From a bacterium (GTDB taxonomy: Bacteria > Myxococcota_A > UBA9160 > UBA6930), in contig JAAELW010000238.1 in NCBI GenBank assembly GCA_024226235.1, forward strand, positions 3,046 to 67,045: a stretch of 64,000 nucleotides of DNA. Reading direction: 5' to 3'. Shown in pieces: positions 60,123 to 64,000 of this stretch. How positions within the stretch are numbered: the stretch's first letter is position 1; each line of letters starts with the position of its first letter. Made by a program: the position numbers and the translations under genes. The notes beneath the pieces are model-generated. The model saw nothing but the letters and a program-made list of their open reading frames with translations, did not search any database and was not told the origin of the DNA.

Positions 60123-61466
60123 ATGATCAAGGAGAGGGATATGGCCGGCCTCGAGACCCATGACGAGATGTACGACCTGAGGATGTCGAAGGGCGCCAAA
60201 CCGCTCTTCGAGAAGGTCAAAGCCTTCGTCAAGGAAGAAATCGAGCCGATCACGCTCGAGTTCTACCAACTCGGCGAGAACAGGGAGGAGCGCTGGGCAT
60301 GGGCTCCCGGACAACTCGAACTGCTCGACGGCGTCAAGGCCAAGGCGAAGGCAGCCGGCCTGTGGAACTTCTTCCTTCCCGACGATGACACGGGGCAGGG
60401 CCTGTCGAACCTCGACTACGCCTACATTGCAGCCGAGTTGGGCAAGAACCCGCTTGCGCCGGAGTGCCTCAACTGCTCCGCACCCGATACCGGAAACATG
60501 GAGGTCCTCGAACGCGTCGGGACACAGGAACAGAAGGAGACGTGGCTCACTCCGCTCCTGAACGGCGAGATCCGCTCGGCCTATGCAATGACGGAGCCCG
60601 ACCTCGCTTCATCGGATGCCAGGAACATCTCCTGCCGGGCCGATCTCGTCGGCGACGAATGGGTGATCAACGGCGAGAAGTACTACATCTCCGGCGCCGG
60701 AGATCCGCGTTGCAAGATCATGATCGTGATGGTGCAGACAGACCAGGACGCGGCGCCCCACCTCAAGCAGTCGCAGATCCTCGTTCCGACCGACGCCCCC
60801 GGCTTCGAAATCCTCGGCCCGATGCACGTATTCGGCAAGGACGACGCGCCCCACGGCCACATGCACCTGCGCTTCACGAATTGCCGCGTCCCCAAGGAGA
60901 ATATCCTGCTCGGAGAGGGTCGGGGCTTCGAGATTTCGCAGGTGCGGCTCGGGCCGGGACGCATCCACCACTGCATGCGATCGATCGGTGCCGCCGAACG
61001 AGCCGTCGAGATGATGGCGAAGCGGAGCCTGGCTCGAGAGGCGTTCGGAAGGCGAATCGCCAACCTCGGGAAGACCGCCGAGGTGATCGCCAAGGCGCGC
61101 ATCGAGATCGAGGCCATGCGCATGATGGTGCTCAAGGCAGCCAAGGCCATGGACGTCCTGGGCAACGCGGAGGCTCGCGTCTGGGTGAGTGCGATCAAGG
61201 CGATGGTCCCGATTCGCGTCTGCGCGATCATCGATGAGGCGATCCAGCTCCACGGCGCAACCGGTGTCTCGCAGTGGACCCCGCTGACGGACATGTACAC
61301 GGGGCAACGAACGCTTCGCCTGGCCGACGGTCCGGACGAGGTGCACTGGTTCGTCGTGGGACGAGCCGAGCTCTCGCGTTGGGCGGAGGATGGCGCGAGC
61401 GACTACGACCCGAAGGCCGCCTTCGAAGCACTCCCGGTGATGGGCAAGAACTTCACGGGCCCGTGA
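60123..61466 (+). CDS. Acyl-CoA dehydrogenase (FadE2/ACAD10-11-like)
   Basis: GLWNFFLPDDDTGQGLSNLDYAYIAAELG...AYAMTEPDLASSDA...INGEKYYISGAG...RLADGPDEVH. Alternative start at ATG 60141. Confidence 0.92.
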   Translation: MIKERDMAGLETHDEMYDLRMSKGAKPLFEKVKAFVKEEIEPITLEFYQLGENREERWAWAPGQLELLDGVKAKAKAAGLWNFFLPDDDTGQGLSNLDYAYIAAELGKNPLAPECLNCSAPDTGNMEVLERVGTQEQKETWLTPLLNGEIRSAYAMTEPDLASSDARNISCRADLVGDEWVINGEKYYISGAGDPRCKIMIVMVQTDQDAAPHLKQSQILVPTDAPGFEILGPMHVFGKDDAPHGHMHLRFTNCRVPKENILLGEGRGFEISQVRLGPGRIHHCMRSIGAAERAVEMMAKRSLAREAFGRRIANLGKTAEVIAKARIEIEAMRMMVLKAAKAMDVLGNAEARVWVSAIKAMVPIRVCAIIDEAIQLHGATGVSQWTPLTDMYTGQRTLRLADGPDEVHWFVVGRAELSRWAEDGASDYDPKAAFEALPVMGKNFTGP

Positions 61467-61507
61467 GCCCTCAGGGCGGACCTGGAATCAGCCGATTTGA
61501 CAGCCCA

Positions 61508-63487
61508 CTAGTGGACGAGCGCTCGCTCCTTGAGTTCGGCGACGCTTTCCTGACCCGGGACCCCAGTATTCTCATCCCACCCGAAGTGTTTCCAGTGGAG
61601 TGAGACCATCTCCTGGATCGGCAGGGTGATGCCCTTGAGATTTCCGCTCTCGAGCGGCGGTTCGCCCATCACCCGTCCGGTCATGATCGCCTCCTTCGGC
61701 TCGATGCCGTGCTTCACGCCGAACATCTGTCGCAGGGTCTGGATGCGCTTGCCAATCTCCATGTACTCGTCCGCGGAAAGGCCCCAGCCCGTGGTGTCGT
61801 TGAACATCCGGAACAGGTTCCAATGTTCAAGGCCCGCGATGAGCGCGAAGAAGCAGCCACCGGCCGCGTCGTTGAGCATCTTGTAGCAGGCGAGCGCGAC
61901 GCTCTTCAGCGCCTCCTCATCTGAAGGGATGTACTCCTGCGATTTTGGATACTTCGTCACCTTCGGCGCCCAGGAGACCTCCTGCCACAGGCTTATCATG
62001 TTGTAGTAGTTGCCGGCGCCGATGGTGTGCCGGCCGGGCGTCGGATCCGCGCTGAAGTGGACTCCGAGCATGGGATCGAGTTTCGGGTCGTGCATGCCGG
62101 GTTCCTGTCCGCCGCAGTGGATCGCATACGCTTCGGAGTTCTTCCCGATCTTCTGGGCGGCGACTCTCACGCCATCGGCCAGCAGATCGCCAATGCCCTC
62201 TCGCGCGATCATCATCTCGAGCAGCCTGGTCGCAGCATCCGCGTCGCCCCAGCGCAACTGCAGGCCACCCGTGTCCTCTTCCGTGATGATGCCGTTCTCG
62301 AAGCACTCGAACGCGTAAGCGAGGGTCGTCCCGGCTGAGATGCTGTCCATCCCGGCGCGGTTCAGGCTCTCGCTCATCAGGAAGATCGCGTCGAGATCGT
62401 TGATCAGCAGGTTCGTTCCGAGCGAGCAGCAATTCTCGTACTCGGGCTTGTGAGTGTGCTCGATCTTTCCATCGCCCAGATCGCTGATGTCGCAGGTGTC
62501 GCCGCAGGCGATCGTGCACGAGTAGCACGAGTAGCTCTTGATCTTCCGATCCAGGATCCGGTCCGGGTTCAGCTTCTTGTACTTGCGCAGCGGAAAGTCC
62601 TTGACCGAGCCGCCCCAGTTTTTGACCGGCGAGTCGCCATTCGGCAACCCCATGGTGTTGACGGCGATCGTCCCGTACTTCTTGTTCATCATGACGCCCA
62701 TCATGCCGTCGGTGGCCGATACGGATTTGACCTTCGACAGCACCCAACCGAGGACGGGGAAGGCGGAGCCCTTGATGAAGCCCGGTGCCGAGGCCTGCTT
62801 GAACTTCGCGCCGACCTCCTTGCTGTACGCCTTCATGCCTGCAGGGTCGTGGATCTTCGTTCGTTGCTTGCCCGCCAGCACCACGGCTTTGAGGAGCTTC
62901 GAGCCCATCACCGCCCCCACCCCCGAGCGCGCTGCGATCCGGCCGCCGTCGTTGACGATCCCCGAGATCAGCGACTTCTTCTCACCGGCGGGTCCGATCG
63001 TGATCACCTTGGGAACGAGTTTGACCCGACACGTCTTCCGAAGGATGTCCTCGGTCTCGATCGCGTCAGTTCCCCAGAGATGGGAGGCATCGCGCAACTC
63101 GGCACCGCCGTCGTCGACGTGGAGAAAGACCGGCTTGGAAGAGATCCCCTTGAAGAAGATCGCATCGTAGCCGCACGCCTTGATCGCGGGCGCGAAGTCG
63201 CCTCCGCAGTTGGCATCCCCCCATCCGCCAGTGAGCGGCGACTTGCAGACAGCCATCCAGCGGCCGGTCACGAGGCTTCCACTTCCCACCAGCATACCGC
63301 TCGTGAGACCCAGGATGTTGTCGGGGCCGAGGGGATCCGCACCAGCGGGGATGTTGTTGTAGAGGTAGTAGGCCCCCAACCCGATGCCGGAGAGGACGTT
63401 CTCGTAGACGCTGTCGGGAATCGTTTCATCGGCGATCTCACCGGTCGTGAGATCGACCTTCAATACCTTCCCCAGATACCCCTTCAT
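61508..63487 (-). CDS. Aldehyde:ferredoxin oxidoreductase family (tungsto/molybdopterin AOR)
   Basis: MKGYLGKVLKVDLTTGEI...LSGIGLGAYYLY...LVTGRWMAVCKSPLTGGWGDANCGG. 4Fe-4S motif CYSCTIAC. GGGAGGAGAG RBS. Confidence 0.92.
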   Translation of the reverse strand: MKGYLGKVLKVDLTTGEIADETIPDSVYENVLSGIGLGAYYLYNNIPAGADPLGPDNILGLTSGMLVGSGSLVTGRWMAVCKSPLTGGWGDANCGGDFAPAIKACGYDAIFFKGISSKPVFLHVDDGGAELRDASHLWGTDAIETEDILRKTCRVKLVPKVITIGPAGEKKSLISGIVNDGGRIAARSGVGAVMGSKLLKAVVLAGKQRTKIHDPAGMKAYSKEVGAKFKQASAPGFIKGSAFPVLGWVLSKVKSVSATDGMMGVMMNKKYGTIAVNTMGLPNGDSPVKNWGGSVKDFPLRKYKKLNPDRILDRKIKSYSCYSCTIACGDTCDISDLGDGKIEHTHKPEYENCCSLGTNLLINDLDAIFLMSESLNRAGMDSISAGTTLAYAFECFENGIITEEDTGGLQLRWGDADAATRLLEMMIAREGIGDLLADGVRVAAQKIGKNSEAYAIHCGGQEPGMHDPKLDPMLGVHFSADPTPGRHTIGAGNYYNMISLWQEVSWAPKVTKYPKSQEYIPSDEEALKSVALACYKMLNDAAGGCFFALIAGLEHWNLFRMFNDTTGWGLSADEYMEIGKRIQTLRQMFGVKHGIEPKEAIMTGRVMGEPPLESGNLKGITLPIQEMVSLHWKHFGWDENTGVPGQESVAELKERALVH

Positions 63488-63553
63488 CGACTCTCTCCTC
63501 CCGAAATCATTCCTTGGACTTCAACCTGTCTCGTTCGCCCCGGTTTCGCCGTT

Positions 63554-63608
63554 CGCCTGGCTCGCCCGATCTTCATCCGCCTGGCTCGCCCGATCTTCAT
63601 CCGCCTGA
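63554..63608. repeat. 24-bp tandem repeat (2.3 copies) spanning the stop codon of the MoaD-like gene
   Basis: cgcctggctcgcccgatcttcatc occurs twice (63554-63577 and 63578-63601), followed by a partial cgcctga. The copies are perfect. Confidence 0.9.
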
Positions 63609-63830
63609 CATCGCGCTGAGCAGGCTTACCACGTCACCGTCCTTCAACACGGTCCCCGGCTTCGCCTGATTGTAGTTCACTGCCGCAAACCGGAAGCGGC
63701 GCAACAGCAGCGGGATGCCAAGCCTCTTGAGCACATCGTTCACGCTCGCGCCCTCGGGCAGGGTCATGAAGCCGTCGTCATCGATATGTTCGAAGTTGCA
63801 GTACCCGGAGGCGTAGATCTTCACTCTCAT
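63597..63830 (-). CDS. MoaD/ThiS-family ubiquitin-like sulfur-carrier protein (C-terminal GG)
   Basis: 77 aa: MRVKIYASG...LKDGDVVSLLSAMSGG-stop. It lies directly upstream of the AOR gene. The start is moved to ATG 63830. Confidence 0.75.
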   Translation of the reverse strand: MRVKIYASGYCNFEHIDDDGFMTLPEGASVNDVLKRLGIPLLLRRFRFAAVNYNQAKPGTVLKDGDVVSLLSAMSGG

Positions 63831-64000
63831 GGCCGACTCCGAGTGTCGCGGAGAATGGCCGTGGCTACCATCGCGAAATGGGGACAGAAGGTTCAGGCTG
63901 CGTATTTCGCTCAATGACCGGGTAGTAGATGTTCCGTCGACTACCCGCGAACCTGGGATCGATCCAAAGCAGCGGGCCCCGAGATCCCCCGATCAGACGA

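Noticed and set aside
1-64000. Mobile elements, prophage, CRISPR arrays, toxin-antitoxin or recognisable defence systems, and rRNA genes.
   Set aside because: No transposase, integrase, recombinase, Cas, restriction or phage-structural signatures appeared in any frame. I saw no regularly spaced repeat array. The only repeats are short tandem duplications at 30022-30066, 56355-56378, 57177-57248 and 63554-63608.

Overview
GC-rich, densely coding bacterial chromosomal segment with about 55 protein genes. I found no rRNA, intact tRNA, CRISPR array, transposase or integrase. All calls come from reading the six-frame translations and the DNA by eye; start codons are judgement calls and no database search was run.

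Gene content, in order:
- TPR fragment, Hsp20, crotonase and VOC genes.
- A large secreted heparinase II/III-like enzyme with a Cys-containing C-terminal sorting-type tail.
- A cyclase-AAA-TPR signalling protein, a bacterial Coq4 homolog and a GT-C-like membrane protein.
- An acyl-CoA dehydrogenase followed by two convergent deiodinase-like genes.
- A TetR-led type II DMSO-reductase-family molybdoenzyme operon (alpha, beta, gamma, delta), followed by an SDR/ACAD/CMD/GST/MFS catabolic block.
- pcm-nlpD-apt, NfeD-SPFH, ThuA/SnoaL/radical-SAM genes and a GH15 gene.
- A translationally coupled glk-pgl-zwf-gnd-tkt-(tal-pgi) pentose-phosphate operon.
- A TetR / diiron protein / molybdopterin oxidoreductase group, an isolated short flagellin and a tandem-fused family III CoA-transferase.
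- GH10, a hybrid histidine kinase, NUDIX, another ACAD, and a tungsten-type aldehyde:ferredoxin oxidoreductase with a MoaD-like GG protein.

The most notable signal is in the two deiodinase-like genes (13381-14076 plus strand, 14084-15127 minus strand). Each is split by the ORF track at an in-frame TGA that falls exactly at the catalytic Sec/Cys position of the deiodinase motif (GSYT-U-PPF), and each TGA is followed by a small hairpin. I read both as selenoproteins, one soluble and one with a 4-TM anchor.

The architecture (MYXO-CTERM-like tail, Cys/Asp calcium-type repeats, tal-pgi fusion) loosely suggests a delta-proteobacterial or Myxococcota-like organism. That taxonomic reading is inference only.
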